A stretch of DNA of 63,240 nucleotides, counting the filler, from Octopus bimaculoides (lineage: Eukaryota), in assembly GCF_001194135.2 (NCBI RefSeq). It is 7 parts of 7 records of this genome, joined end to end, with 100 filler letters (N's around TTAATTAATTAA, not from the genome) between each part and the next. Parts side by side here need not be neighbours in the genome. Positions count along the whole stretch, not along the records: positions 1 to 28,848 come from NC_068988.1; 6 more parts are not named here. One strand, written 5' to 3'. A model generated the notes under the pieces. It was not told where the DNA came from, made no database searches, and saw only the letters and a list, made by a program, of their open reading frames with translations. The translations under genes were made by a program, and so were the position numbers. Below are positions 12,595-24,614 of this stretch, one piece after another. Within the stretch, counting starts at the first letter, position 1, and each line of letters opens with the position of its first letter.

Positions 12595-13317
12595 GCGTGC
12601 ATGTGTATGCGTGGGCATGTAGGGAGAGAGAGAGATAGAGAGACCTTTTGTTAAAACTGTACAAACAGAGTGAGAAAACTTCTGTTTTGGTCGTTTGAGT
12701 GAACTGAATGCAGGGGATGAAGATTGTATATGTATACAAATATAGAAAATATACGCACTGTATACTGAATAATAATTAACAGTAACAAAAGTGCTGAAGA
12801 TTCTATAAACATCATCCAACAGTATAATAATTACAATAATTAAAATGTTAAAACCGCTCATTACTCTATCTGTAGCTGGAGACAGAAGAGCTTGATGTTA
12901 CGAAGGTAGTATTGAGAATCCGGCGATAACCTGTCATTTTGAGTCAGTAAAACTATGATGCTCGATTAGACTTTGCCTCCCACTCATAAAAGTGCGATAT
13001 AACAAAGAAGAATGCGAGTGAGTAGGAGGATGGTCAATATCTCAAGAATATTAGCTGTAGTAGGGTGGGAAGGGATTGGTTTGAAGAAAGAGTAAAATTA
13101 AGATAAAAAGGTATATTTTACTCTTTTGCTACAACAATATTTCTATTAAACTACACTGCGCTTGTTTTAATTAATTTGTTTCAAATGAATTTTAATTTTA
13201 ATTTAGGAAAAAAAAGTCAAGAATTTAGTAAAATAGCTATACATTTAAGTTGGTGTTTGGAACATAAATTAACATGAAATTTTAATGAAAGGTTTTTGAT
13301 TTTACTTTTATTTTTAT

Positions 13318-13429
13318 TTTACTTGTTTTAGCCTGGTACTTATTCTATCGCTCTTTTTTACCGAACCGCAAGCTAATATATTAGCATAAACACACCAACA
13401 CCAATTGTCAAGCGTTGGTGGAGGGGACT

Positions 13430-13485
<56 letters not shown>

Positions 13486-13770
13486 TACATGCACGCACAA
13501 CAGGCTTATATCAGTNNNNNNNNNNNNNNNNNNNNNNNNNNNNNNNNNNNNNNNNNNNNNNNNNNNNNNNNNNNNNNNNNNNNNNNNNNNNNNNNNNNNN
13601 NNNNNNNNNNNNNNNNNNNNNNNNNNNNNNNNNNNNNNNNNNNNNNNNNNNNNNNNNNNNNNNNNNNNNNNNNNNNNNNNNNNNNNNNNNNNNNNNNNNN
13701 NNNNNNNNNNNNNNNNNNNNNNNNNNNNNNNNNNNNNNNNNNNNNNNNNNNNNNNNNNNNNNNNNNNNNN

Positions 13771-13824
<54 letters not shown>

Positions 13825-13985
13825 TACATGCACGCACAACAGGCTTATATCAGTTTCCGTCTACAAATCACAAGGTTTTTGTCTGCGTGAGGCTATAGTT
13901 GAAGAGACTTGCCCAAGGTGCCACATGATGAGACTGAACCCAGATCATGTCTTTGAAAGCAAGCCTCTTACCACACAGCCACACC
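13318..13985 (-). mobile_element. SINE family A, full-length with internal (CA)n and gap
   Basis: Head at 13845-13985 and 3' half at 13318-13430 match the two halves of 55926-56340. Confidence 0.8.
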
Positions 13986-14548
13986 TTATTTTAAAACATT
14001 GTGTCAAAAGCAGTTTAACTCAGTTTGGTAATGTTGACAATACAGCTGAACAATAGTTTGTGTAGCAAAGTAATTGTACGAAGTGATGTAATCAAGGTAT
14101 CTCGTATAACGGAGTTAGGGTTTCTTGGGCAATGCTTAATCAGCTTTATCATCCTCTTTATCTCTGACGAGACTAACAAAAACTTCATCTATTATGTTGA
14201 ATTAATATCCGAAGTTACTCCTTGTATCATCTTGCCAAGTTTAGATGCTGTCTTCCGTGACATCTATTTCAGTAGTTCTCGGCAGTATACGAGGAAATTA
14301 CCTTACCTTCAAAATCATATTTCACCTCCGCATCGTACGGATGTATGTACCAATCATTTGATCTTTGGCAATAGTAGCTGATTTCAACGGTCTTCAGGGT
14401 GGTCGATACATTGAATATTATAGACTTGAGATATTTGTCCTTGATGTCACTGAGAGGTTTTTATCCTTGGATGTTTTAATAATGATTTGATTCATTAGTT
14501 GGGTCATGGAAGTAATACTGGGTGGAACATGCATCTATTTTATAATTA

Positions 14549-14728
14549 TTGATTTCAAATTTTGGCACAAGGCCAGCAAGTTCGGGGAAGTGGGATAGTT
14601 GATTACATCGACAAGTGCTTATTTTATCGATCTCCGAAAGGATGAAAGGTAAAGTCGACCTCGGCGGAATTTGAACTCATAACGTAATGTATTTTCCCGG
14701 TGTGCTAACGATCCTGCCAGCTCGCCGC
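14549..14728 (-). mobile_element. SINE family C copy
   Basis: Reverse complement GGCGAGCTGGCAGGATCGTTAGCAC...GAGTTCAAATTCCGCCGAGGTCGACTTTACCTTTCATCCTTTCGG...GGCCTTGTGCCAAAATTTGAAA. Confidence 0.85.
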
Positions 14729-14744
14729 CATAATCTGTTTTATA

Positions 14745-14878
14745 ATTATTGGTTTCAAATTTTATCACAAGGCCAGCAATTTCGGATGTGGAGAAAGCCA
14801 ATTACATCAACCTTAGTGTTCAACTGGTACTTATTTTATCGACCCCGAGAGGATGAAAGGTAAAGTCAACCTCGGCAA
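14745..14878 (-). mobile_element. SINE family C, 5'-truncated second tandem copy
   Basis: Same central and 3' blocks as 14549-14728, directly adjacent. Confidence 0.8.
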
Positions 14879-14879
14879 C

Positions 14880-15560
14880 TCTTCTCCAACTTTTATTATT
14901 GTTGCACCAAGTTTAATGATGTGGACAGTCACAATAGAGGATATCTTTTGCTAGGGGATCTTCTTCATTCATCTTGAAATATGCTGTCAATTTGGTCGAT
15001 CTATTTTTTGCTAAAGCTTCTTGTGCATGATTCAGATTAAACACAATCATCTGTTGATCTGGCAAGTGTATCGGCAAGCATTCAATATCAGGCTACCTTT
15101 GCTGAATTGGAAACTCAAATAATCTCCAGCAAGCTTATGATGCTCCAGTATAGCGGCAATTTTCGTAATTCAAAATTTCATCCATTTGGTTTTCGTTGCC
15201 AAAATCTGCTCACGTTGTTCTTATGACAGTTGTTGCCTTGCATTTCGATGCTGAGCAGCATTTTGTTCAAAAATCTGTTCACGTTGTTCTTTTAACAATT
15301 GTTGCCTTGCATTTCTATGCTGAGCAGTATTAAAATTTGCTTTCTTCGCTGCTGTGACTGCGCTAAACGGAGCTGACACCGTCTTTCTGTGTTCCTTTTA
15401 CGTTGCTTTTCCTTCCGTTCTTGATTTTGCCTCAATCTTCGTAATTGCTGACTCAAACATTTTGCAGTTCTTCTATAATTGGACCGTTCCTCTTCCATGG
15501 ACAAATCTTAATTAAATATTTATTAATTAAATGGAATAGTATGAAAATAAATACATAATA
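14880..15560 (-). mobile_element. Helitron RepHel pseudogene fragments (internally deleted)
   Basis: 15190-14880 translates to DEILNY...RYTGAS*ACWRLFEFPIQQR*PDIECLPIHLPDQQMIVF...TKLTAYFKMNEEDPLAKDILYCDCPHH*TW, the conserved Rep-helicase interdomain region; 15200-15500 encodes R/Q/E-rich repeats typical of Helitron N-termini, including a ~68-bp tandem duplication. Confidence 0.85.
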
Positions 15561-15729
15561 GTGAGACAGGCGATTGTATTATGATGACAATATTGGTATC
15601 TTATTTACACAGCGTGAGGTTCAAAACAGTGAAAGAAGAAGGAAAAAAATTCAGTTTCATTTTGGCGACAAACGCTGTTTCACACATACAAACATTCGTA
15701 TAGTTCCCTTTTTTACATGCACACACACA

Positions 15730-15830
<101 letters not shown>

Positions 15831-16185
15831 CGTTCAGTATTCTCCTACACTTCCATAGTACACACGCACACACAAACAATCACATATATTCCTTTTACAT
15901 GCGCATATGTTCTCTCTTTCTCTCTTTGTGCGTCTCTATGTGTCTTTCTTTCTTTCTTTCTCTCCTTCCCCTTCTCAACTCTACTTCTCTACTTCCCCCT
16001 CTCTCTCTAACTCTACTATTGTTTTTTTCTCTTTCTTTATCACCCCTTCCTTCATTATTGATATTGTTGTGACTGACGCTCTTCCTCAATATCTCTTTTT
16101 TCTTTCCTTCCTTCATTCATTCATTCTTTCTTTCTTTTACTTTCTTCCTGTTTCATTCACCTCTTTTCCTCTATCTAATTACTGA

Positions 16186-16238
16186 TGACTTCCGACAGAC
16201 GGACGGACGGACGGACGTGGCTCTTATTATAGTACAGA
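16186..16238 (-). mobile_element. Possible Helitron-type 5' terminus (TC...ACTATAATAAGAG plus (GTCC)n)
   Basis: Minus strand TCTGTACTATAATAAGAGCCACGTCCGTCCGTCC; upstream of and co-oriented with the Helitron fragments at 14880-15560. Confidence 0.4.
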
Positions 16239-16614
16239 AGATTACTAACACGTTTGTCTCCACCTGGGTGAGCATAAGCGCTGTCCAAAATTAGTTACGT
16301 CTACACTTCAACAGTCCAACATTTGAGAACAATATCTTGGAATTTACGCATATGCAATGCAAGAAAAATTAGTCAACTTACAAAAACAATAAAGCACTGG
16401 TAGCAAATGTATCGTGTCTTTAGATATAGCAAACATGTTGATGTGTCCAACACCATTAACTTTGAAAGGGGCATGGCCGTTAGCATTCGTGCTACACAAC
16501 ACTTTAAAATGCTCCTTTCTTAATTTATGGCAAGAAGCGGAGGCTTCATTCTTAAAATCTTAAATATTCCAGAGTACCAATGTAACATAGTTTCATCTCA
16601 TATAGTAAGTACAG

Positions 16615-16856
16615 TCTCGAGTCTTGGGAATCATAGGGACGGTTACCCGGGATCCATGGTGTATAAGTGACTGAGATCACGACTTTTCTTCTGAACAGGA
16701 TACCAGTTAGTCATAGGGTTACTTATTTACAACTGAGTGAACTGAAGCAATGTGAAATGAAGGATTTTTTTCAAGAACACAACGCGTCGCCTTGTCCGGA
16801 AATCGAAACCACGATTTTGAGATCGTGAATGAAACACCTTAACCACTAAGCCCCGC
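16615..16856 (-). mobile_element. SINE family D copy
   Basis: Homologous to 1500-1790, including the GGTTA(T/C)CC.G.TCCATGG.TATAAGT.ACT.AGA.CAC 3' block. Confidence 0.75.
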
Positions 16857-17139
16857 AACTTTATTCCATCCTCAATATACTCATGAAAAATTTAGGAGCC
16901 CTTCACATTTCAGTCATTGAATATTTCTTTGATTAGTTTGATTTCCTCTATACCTGTATCACCATGAGAAATTTTACATTTCTCTTTTCAAATGCTGAGT
17001 ACAAGGTTGAAAGTCATCTAATTACTGAAATGTCAAAGAAAATTGAAGGTTAACACAAGTTGTGTTAGTGTGGCCTTTGGTATTTTTCTTTACAATGTGC
17101 ACGGCATGGGGACAGTGAGCAATTTCCATGATGCCTCAT

Positions 17140-17450
17140 GTGTCTAGTTCAATCCTGATCTATGAATGCTGTGACTTGCTGTCAATAAATAAAAAATATA
17201 GGATCTAGTACAGTGATACGCCTGGGGTGGGGTGGCTCACGGGTCTAGGGATCCAATACTGATCTACGGATGCTGTGACATGCTGCCAATAAATAAATAA
17301 ATAAATAAATAAATACTACAGGGTCAAGTACAGTGATATGCCAGTTGGGGAGAGTGTCTCACCAGTTTAGAAATCGACTTCTGATCTATGGATGCTGTGA
17401 TTTGTGGTTAATAGGTAAATACTATAGAGTCCAGTCCAGTGATTTGCTGA
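17140..17450. repeat. Three diverged tandem ~104-122-bp units
   Basis: CTGATCTAYGRATGCTGTGA starts at 17155, 17259 and 17381, each followed by AATAAAT...TA(C)TAYAG.GTC.AGT.CAGTGAT. Confidence 0.75.
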
Positions 17451-17456
17451 GGGAGC

Positions 17457-17870
17457 TCATAGGCGGCGGCGCACTTTCCCTCCACTAGCCTTGGAACTAC
17501 TAACGACCGCATTGCCCGCTTGGTGAAGGGCTGCGAGCGTTTGACGGCACTCGAGGTGCCAAGCGCCCCTCCTCGGTCTACGCCTAATCCAGGATTGCAG
17601 CTCAGTCAATGAAACGAGTTGTGGAAAAGTGTGTCTGTTTGACAAACGGTGACCACATCTACTCGCCGTCAAGGAAAAGCTGGAGATGCCGTAGCCTGAG
17701 CGCATATCTGCGCATCAGCAACAACGGTATGCCCAGCCATCCAACCGCGGAAAACCGGACCGAAACCGGCTGCCTTGAGAACAGCTGCCAAGTGTTGATG
17801 GTCGACCCCATCAAAGACTTTGGATTGATCTAAATTAATCAGAGTCCCATCCATGCCAGCTTCGTTACCC
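17457..17870 (-). mobile_element. L1/Tx1-clade LINE RT fragment with internal deletion
   Basis: LINLDQSKVFDGVDHQHLAAVLKAAGFGPVFRGWMA matches the RT LDxxKAFDRVDH...GFG...W signature; joined to a post-RT segment. Confidence 0.7.
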
Positions 17871-17874
17871 AAGC

Positions 17875-17936
<62 letters not shown>

Positions 17937-17944
17937 TCATGATA

Positions 17945-18075
17945 CAATATCAGGCATTGGCTCTCATGATTTCTGATCGCTGATTGGAAGTGTTATCGTG
18001 TACATTTTTTGTTTTGGTATAAAAGATTAGCTACAGTAAATATTCTGCTCAATACTCCAGATTTCCTTATCACTT
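17945..18075 (+). repeat. Interspersed repeat fragment following (TAA)n
   Basis: ggctctcatgatttctgatc...gattggaagtgttatc...gctacagtaaatattctgctcaatac; looks repeat-like, but no second copy in this window. Confidence 0.35.
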
Positions 18076-18079
18076 GTGC

Positions 18080-18635
18080 CGAAGGCACATAACCACTCTA
18101 CAAGTGGAGGGAGGAAAACGTCATGGTCAGTTAATTTTGTAAACAAAAAATTCTGGAACGAAACTCTAGTGGCAAAAACCTTGGGCGAGGCGGAGTCATC
18201 CCTCTCAGATCGCTTTCAGTCCTGTCTACGATCCCTGCCGAAGACGTCTGAAGGCGGAAGCATTTCTCTAGTTGGCAAATGGAGAATTTCAGGTTTCCAA
18301 CAGAAATTCCCTCTGATGTGGGCACTGGCTAAATATTTCTCTTTTGGAATTTGAAAAGGGCCCAGGGTGAATTGACTTTTTCAGGATTCTTGCTCTTTCA
18401 CTCAAGTAAAGATTACATCATTTATCCCCCGATGAGTTACGGCTCCGCTTGTTCTAGGAGCCTCCATTTAATTTTGTATGTTGTACCCTCCTCTTTTAAA
18501 CGCCATATGCAGCCGTCCAGAGATGTGATGGTGCACCTCTCAGGTATCCTAAACGAGAGCCTATGATTGCTAAGACGTTTCTTGAACGGACCCCCCATAG
18601 AACCGACATATTTCCTTGTCTGTGCCCTTGAACTG
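18080..18635 (-). mobile_element. Naiad-type Penelope-like element, GIY-YIG C-terminus pseudogene plus 3' region
   Basis: KYVGSMGGPFKKRLSNHRLSFR...IWRLKEEGTTYKIKWRLLEQAEP*...CNLYLSERARILK...SNSKREIFSQCPHQREFLLET* (stop 18291-18289). Confidence 0.85.
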
Positions 18636-18919
18636 GTGGTATTACAGCTGATGTTGTCGTTCTCACTGCCGATGCTGTGATCACTTTCGGTTGCCGGTGC
18701 TGCTGTCGCTGTTATTTCTAGACGCGATGCTGGTGCCGTAGTTGCCGCCAGCTATAACAATGAAGCAGTCATTTGAAAGTTGATTTTCGGTTAATAGCAT
18801 CACTATTAACAACGGTAACCTGGAATCAGGACCACCAGCACCACCACCCTCACCGTCGCTCGTCTACCATTACTTCCTCCACCACAATAACATCGATACC
18901 TCATCGACTATCTAACCTA

Positions 18920-19050
18920 AACCAGCAACACCACTGTCAACAGCAACACCATTGTCAACAGCAGCAGCAGCAGCAGCGGCAGCAGCAGCAGCACCACCAC
19001 CACCACCACCACCACCAGCTTCAACACAACAACCATCTCCACCATAGTCA
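18920..19050. repeat. (CAG)/(CAC) trinucleotide complex microsatellite
   Basis: Poly-Q/H reading with no flanking coding homology or convincing splice sites. Confidence 0.8.
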
Positions 19051-19899
19051 CTAAACCTACTATAGCGCCACCAGTACCACTCTGTAGCTAGCAGCACCAG
19101 TTTCTTGTGTACATTAAACTCGACAGTCCCCACTCNNNNNNNNNNNNNNNNNNNNNNNNNNNNNNNNNNNNNNNNNNNNNNNNNNNNNNNNNNNNNNNNN
19201 NNNNNNNNNNNNNNNNNNNNNNNNNNNNNNNNNNNNNNNNNNNNNNNNNNNNNNNNNNNNNNNNNNNNNNNNNNNNNNNNNNNNNNNNNNNNNNNNNNNN
19301 NNNNNNNNNNNNNNNNNNNNNNNNNNNNNNNNNNNNNNNNNNNNNNNNNNNNNNNNNNNNNNNNNNNNNNNNNNNNNNNNNNNNNNNNNNNNNNNNNNNN
19401 NNNNNNNNNNNNNNNNNNNNNNNNNNNNNNNNNNNNNNNNNNNNNNNNNNNNNNNNNNNNNNNNNNNNNNNNNNNNNNNNNNNNNNNNNNNNNNNNNNNN
19501 NNNNNNNNNNNNNNNNNNNNNNNNNNNNNNNNNNNNNNNNNNNNNNNNNNNNNNNNNNNNNNNNNNNNNNNNNNNNNNNNNNNNNNNNNNNNNNNNNNNN
19601 NNNNNNNNNNNNNNNNNNNNNNNNNNNNNNNNNNNNNNNNNNNNNNNNNNNNNNNNNNNNNNNNNNNNNNNNNNNNNNNNNNNNNNNNNNNNNNNNNNNN
19701 NNNNNNNNNNNNNNNNNNNNNNNNNNNNNNNNNNNNNNNNNNNNNNNNNNNNNNNNNNNNNNNNNNNNNNNNNNNNNNNNNNNNNNNNNNNNNNNNNNNN
19801 NNNNNNNNNNNNNNNNNNNNNNNNNNNNNNNNNNNNNNNNNNNNNNNNNNNNNNNNATATATATTTATACGTACGCACATAATATTTACACACATACAC

Positions 19900-19957
<58 letters not shown>

Positions 19958-19961
<4 letters not shown>

Positions 19962-20150
19962 ATTGGGAATTTTTTGTATTATTTCGTATTTTTTGTAAAT
20001 ACCCCAAACGTTTTGCGATGTTTTTTTTTCATCGTTGTCCCCACTTTTGTTTTTTTTTCTGCTTTGTTTTCGACCCCCTCGAAAAGAAAAACTCTACATT
20101 TGTATTTTGTCCCCTCTGTGTTGAGCCCTGTGTGGCTAATAAAGAAACCT
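19958..20150 (+). mobile_element. LINE-type 3' UTR/tail fragment in (CTAT)n
   Basis: TCGAAAAGAAAAACTCTACATTTGTATTTTGTCCCCTCTGTGTTGAGCCCTGTGTGGCTAATAAAG; inverted copy at 32535-32690; both abut (GATA/CTAT)n. Confidence 0.6.
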
Positions 20151-21537
20151 ATCTATCTATCTGTCTACAATTTTCTTTTTATTAACATTGAAACTGAAAG
20201 TTTATCTTTCGATTCGAGTTCCACGTCACTGCGACCTTAGGTGCCTGAAAAATGTAATGGCGATCTTCAGCGCCAGAACTTTTGCATTTAATAGAAAACA
20301 GCAACGAACAAACACATCCTCTGACGTAGTCCTGTGCTCTCTGGAATAAAATACTCTGATATGATCAGAGAAGCTATAGAGAGAGAGAGCTGCATGGAAA
20401 GCAAGCGTCCCAGTAAGTACTGACTCTACTATTCAGTGCCGACATTGTAACCACAGATTTCATACCAAAATTTGTCAAATAATTCTCAAGACCCACAAAC
20501 AGTATAGCTGATAACCTGGTTATCTTCAGAGACACGGAGGACGGACCCAGTGTATGTATGAATGTATGTCATTATCCAGTTTTATTTCAAGATTTCTTGC
20601 CAGTATAGAAATCCAGTTATATTTCAAGATTTTTTGCCAGTATAGACGCCTTCATTGAAATTTCAACAACATCAACAGGGTATTTTTGTATGTATGTGTA
20701 TGTGCAGATTTGTATGTTTTGCTTTATGTATGTATTCTTATGCATATAATTGCATGTCTTGACATGCTTATATATACTTAAATGCTGAACATTTGGAAAG
20801 TTTTACAGATTTTTACAGTTCCAGTGATGCCTTGGCTCTGTAGTCTTCGAATCAGCTTTCTCCTTTCTGGTTTTGTGAAGTCTAATTTCTCAATGTATGT
20901 ATGTATGTATGTATGTATGTATGTATGTATGTATGCATGTGTATGTGTATGTTTTTATCTATGATTGTTTGTTTGTATGTATGTATGTATTATGTATGTA
21001 TATATGCACGCATGTATGTGTGTGTGTATGTATGTATGCATGTATGTATACCAAGTGAGAAGGAATCAAATAATTAGTGGGTTTACCACGAGCAGCACTC
21101 ACACGAGCGGCGGCTATCTGAAATTGTGTACAGGAGAATTTCGCTTGCGGGGACATAGGTTTCAAACAAATAGAAATTCGAAAGGTTTACTTTCATCCTG
21201 GAGTGGAGTGGAGTATTAACGATAGATAAAGAATGGAATAGCTGGAATTATATTTATTTCATGGTTTACAATTGTTTCAACGATGAGTGGGTGACAAATC
21301 AGACATCATGTACGATTATATACATATGGATTGGAAAAATCATATTGTAATGCTTATTATGTACTGTACATTACATTATAGTCTCTCCAGTACTTTAATC
21401 ATATCCGAGCAAATAAGTATAATACAAAACCAAATTGGCTATTTCACTTAAAAATCTGGCACTGGATTCAAGTAGAAGGAGCCCAATTGTGCGTGTCTGT
21501 CTTTATATGCACAAATATATATTTGTGTGTATGACTG

Positions 21538-21578
<41 letters not shown>

Positions 21579-23259
21579 AACACGCCAACATTGGTTGTAA
21601 AGCGGTGGTGTAGGGACAAACAAAGACACACACACAGATATATAATATAATATATATATACAAATTTAGTATATATTTACTCAATTACCCAAAATAACAA
21701 GGAGTTTCTACCTTATAAACAGGAGTTACACCACAGTCATTTTGTGATCTTTGCTACCCTGGTATCTATTAACCAATTTATCTTATCGGAGTTAATTATT
21801 AACTTAGAGAAAATAAATANNNNNNNNNNNNNNNNNNNNNNNNNNNNNNNNNNNNNNNNNNNNNNNNNNNNNNNNNNNNNNNNNNNNNNNNNNNNNNNNN
21901 NNNNNNNNNNNNNNNNNNNNNNNNNNNNNNNNNNNNNNNNNNNNNNNNNNNNNNNNNNNNNNNNNNNNNNNNNNNNNNNNNNNNNNNNNNNNNNNNNNNN
22001 NNNNNNNNNNNNNNNNNNNNNNNNNNNNNNNNNNNNNNNNNNNNNNNNNNNNNNNNNNNNNNNNNNNNNNNNNNNNNNNNNNNNNNNNNNNNNNNNNNNN
22101 NNNNNNNNNNNNNNNNNNNNNNNNNNNNNNNNNNNNNNNNNNNNNNNNNNNNNNNNNNNNNNNNNNNNNNNNNNNNNNNNNNNNNNNNNNNNNNNNNNNN
22201 NNNNNNNNNNNNNNNNNNNNNNNNNNNNNNNNNNNNNNNNNNNNNNNNNNNNNNNNNNNNNNNNNNNNNNNNNNNNNNNNNNNNNNNNNNNNNNNNNNNN
22301 NNNNNNNNNNNNNNNNNNNNNNNNNNNNNNNNNNNNNNNNNNNNNNNNNNNNNNNNNNNNNNNNNNNNNNNNNNNNNNNNNNNNNNNNNNNNNNNNNNNN
22401 NNNNNNNNNNNNNNNNNNNNNNNNNNNNNNNNNNNNNNNNNNNNNNNNNNNNNNNNNNNNNNNNNNNNNNNNNNNNNNNNNNNNNNNNNNNNNNNNNNNN
22501 NNNNNNNNNNNNNNNNNNNNNNNNNNNNNNNNNNNNNNNNNNNNNNNNNNNNNNNTATATATCCATATATACATACATGCATACATACATACATACATAC
22601 ATACACACATGCACACATATATACGTACATGCACACACACACACATGCATATATATATATATTTATATGAGGTGGGTGTTTGTACACCGTCATCTATAAG
22701 TATGCATTGTTGTTTGTATATGCGTTTATATGTTGGCATTTACGTGTATTTAGGTAATAAATCGCTTCGCTTCAAGCTCTACCCGACAATGTGTCTGTAC
22801 CTTATCTTCCTTATACCACTATCACTGACCCTTTAACTTGACACTTGATTGCTATGTACTGATTTATTGAAAACCATTTCCTTTAATGTTGCTTCTTAGA
22901 AAAAGCAGACGTATGTCTGTTAATTGATGAATGAAACTGATGTTATTATATTATAAAAAATACAAGTGATCAGTTTATTTACTCTCTTGTAAAGATTCTA
23001 AATCTGGCAGCTCCTTCTTGAATCCAGTGCAGACTTTCTCTATTTGAGAGAAAAGGCCATTTTATTTTTGTATTATAGTATTCGTTAGGTTATAATTAAA
23101 TGTATGCGGAAGCTATTATATAATATACATTACATAGCGAGCATGATTATTTCAGTATTCTCATCCATGTCTATATGTACGATGTTTGATTTGTCAGTCG
23201 GACGATGATGAAACAACTGTAAACCATGGAGTAAGCCAGCTACTCCATTCTTCACTTAT

Positions 23260-23308
<49 letters not shown>

Positions 23309-24484
23309 ATATATATGTATGTATGTATGTACACACGCATTCACAAAATATAATGTAAATTGAGTCTGTAATGGGCCCTGTTAATCGCCCGCAAGCAAGA
23401 TGCACAAAGATGGCGTTTTTTAAAACCAACTTGCTGATCTGCAGTTTGTATTATCTCTTCTCAGTTAAATACAATGCAAAAACTTTACATTTGACATTCT
23501 TTTCTGGTGTGTTTCTTCAGACTACCGATATAAAGCAAAATGTTCTTTCAGGTGGTGAAGCTTTAGTAATTTTAGTTTGCTTTGTTCTGTACCCCTGAGA
23601 GTTTCTCTCTTTCTATCTCTCTCCGCCCCCATTCCTCTTCCTCTCTCTCTCTCTCTCTCCACACACACGCACACACACAGACACACACACCAACACAAAA
23701 AAAAAGCACACACACACATTCTCTCTCTCACTTTTCCTCACCCTCTCTTACTATCCTATATGTCTCTCTCTCCACCCCTACACACTCAATAAAACTATAT
23801 AAAGAGACCCTCCGCAAGGTCTTCTCAAAACAATTTGAAAATCCTACACGACTAGGTGAAAAGCGCTTTATTTAATATGTGACATTAATAAAAATCTGTA
23901 AATGTNNNNNNNNNNNNNNNNNNNNNNNNNNNNNNNNNNNNNNNNNNNNNNNNNNNNNNNNNNNNNNNNNNNNNNNNNNNNNNNNNNNNNNNNNNNNNNN
24001 NNNNNNNNNNNNNNNNNNNNNNNNNNNNNNNNNNNNNNNNNNNNNNNNNNNNNNNNNNNNNNNNNNNNNNNNNNNNNNNNNNNNNNNNNNNNNNNNNNNN
24101 NNNNNNNNNNNNNNNNNNNNNNNNNNNNNNNNNNNNNNNNNNNNNNNNNNNNNNNNNNNNNNNNNNNNNNNNNNNNNNNNNNNNNNNNNNNNNNNNAACT
24201 TTCAGAAATTGATTGTCTCTCTTACATCCATTGGTCATAAAAAAAATTGCTTTTTATATTAGATTCACGTATTTGAAAGTTTAAAAAAAATATTTACTTC
24301 TGAATTTCTCGCGGCAGTGACTTCTATATCTCTCTATATCTCTATCCATCTCTCTCTATCCATCTCTCTCTATCCATCTCTCTCTATCTATTTCTATCTC
24401 TCTATATCTCTCTATCTATTTCTCTCTACTCATCTCTATCTCTGTATCTATTTATCTCTCCGTATCTATCTATCTGTCTCCATC

Positions 24485-24556
<72 letters not shown>

Positions 24557-24614
24557 ATTATTTGTCTAACTAGCTAGCTATCTCTCAATCCTTCTCTCTA
24601 TATCTAACATACTC

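Noticed and set aside
13481-13854. Identical 35-bp sequence plus (CA)n on both sides of a gap
   Set aside because: It is a contig overlap left unmerged (negative gap), not a real duplication.
14025-14530. Possible continuation of the Helitron beyond the SINE pair
   Set aside because: No Helitron motifs were recognised in any frame.
17140-17450. CRISPR-like repeat-spacer appearance (also the 27-bp repeats at 24618)
   Set aside because: The spacers are homologous or absent, the context is eukaryotic, and there are no cas genes.
18062-18105. GTGCC-TTC-GGCAC hairpin near the Naiad 3' end as a possible hammerhead stem II
   Set aside because: It lacks both CUGANGA and GAAA boxes.
18773-19054. 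Poly-Q/poly-H ORF resembling a transcription-factor tract
   Set aside because: It is a trinucleotide microsatellite with no domain homology or splice context; similar tracts occur at 29415 and 57460.
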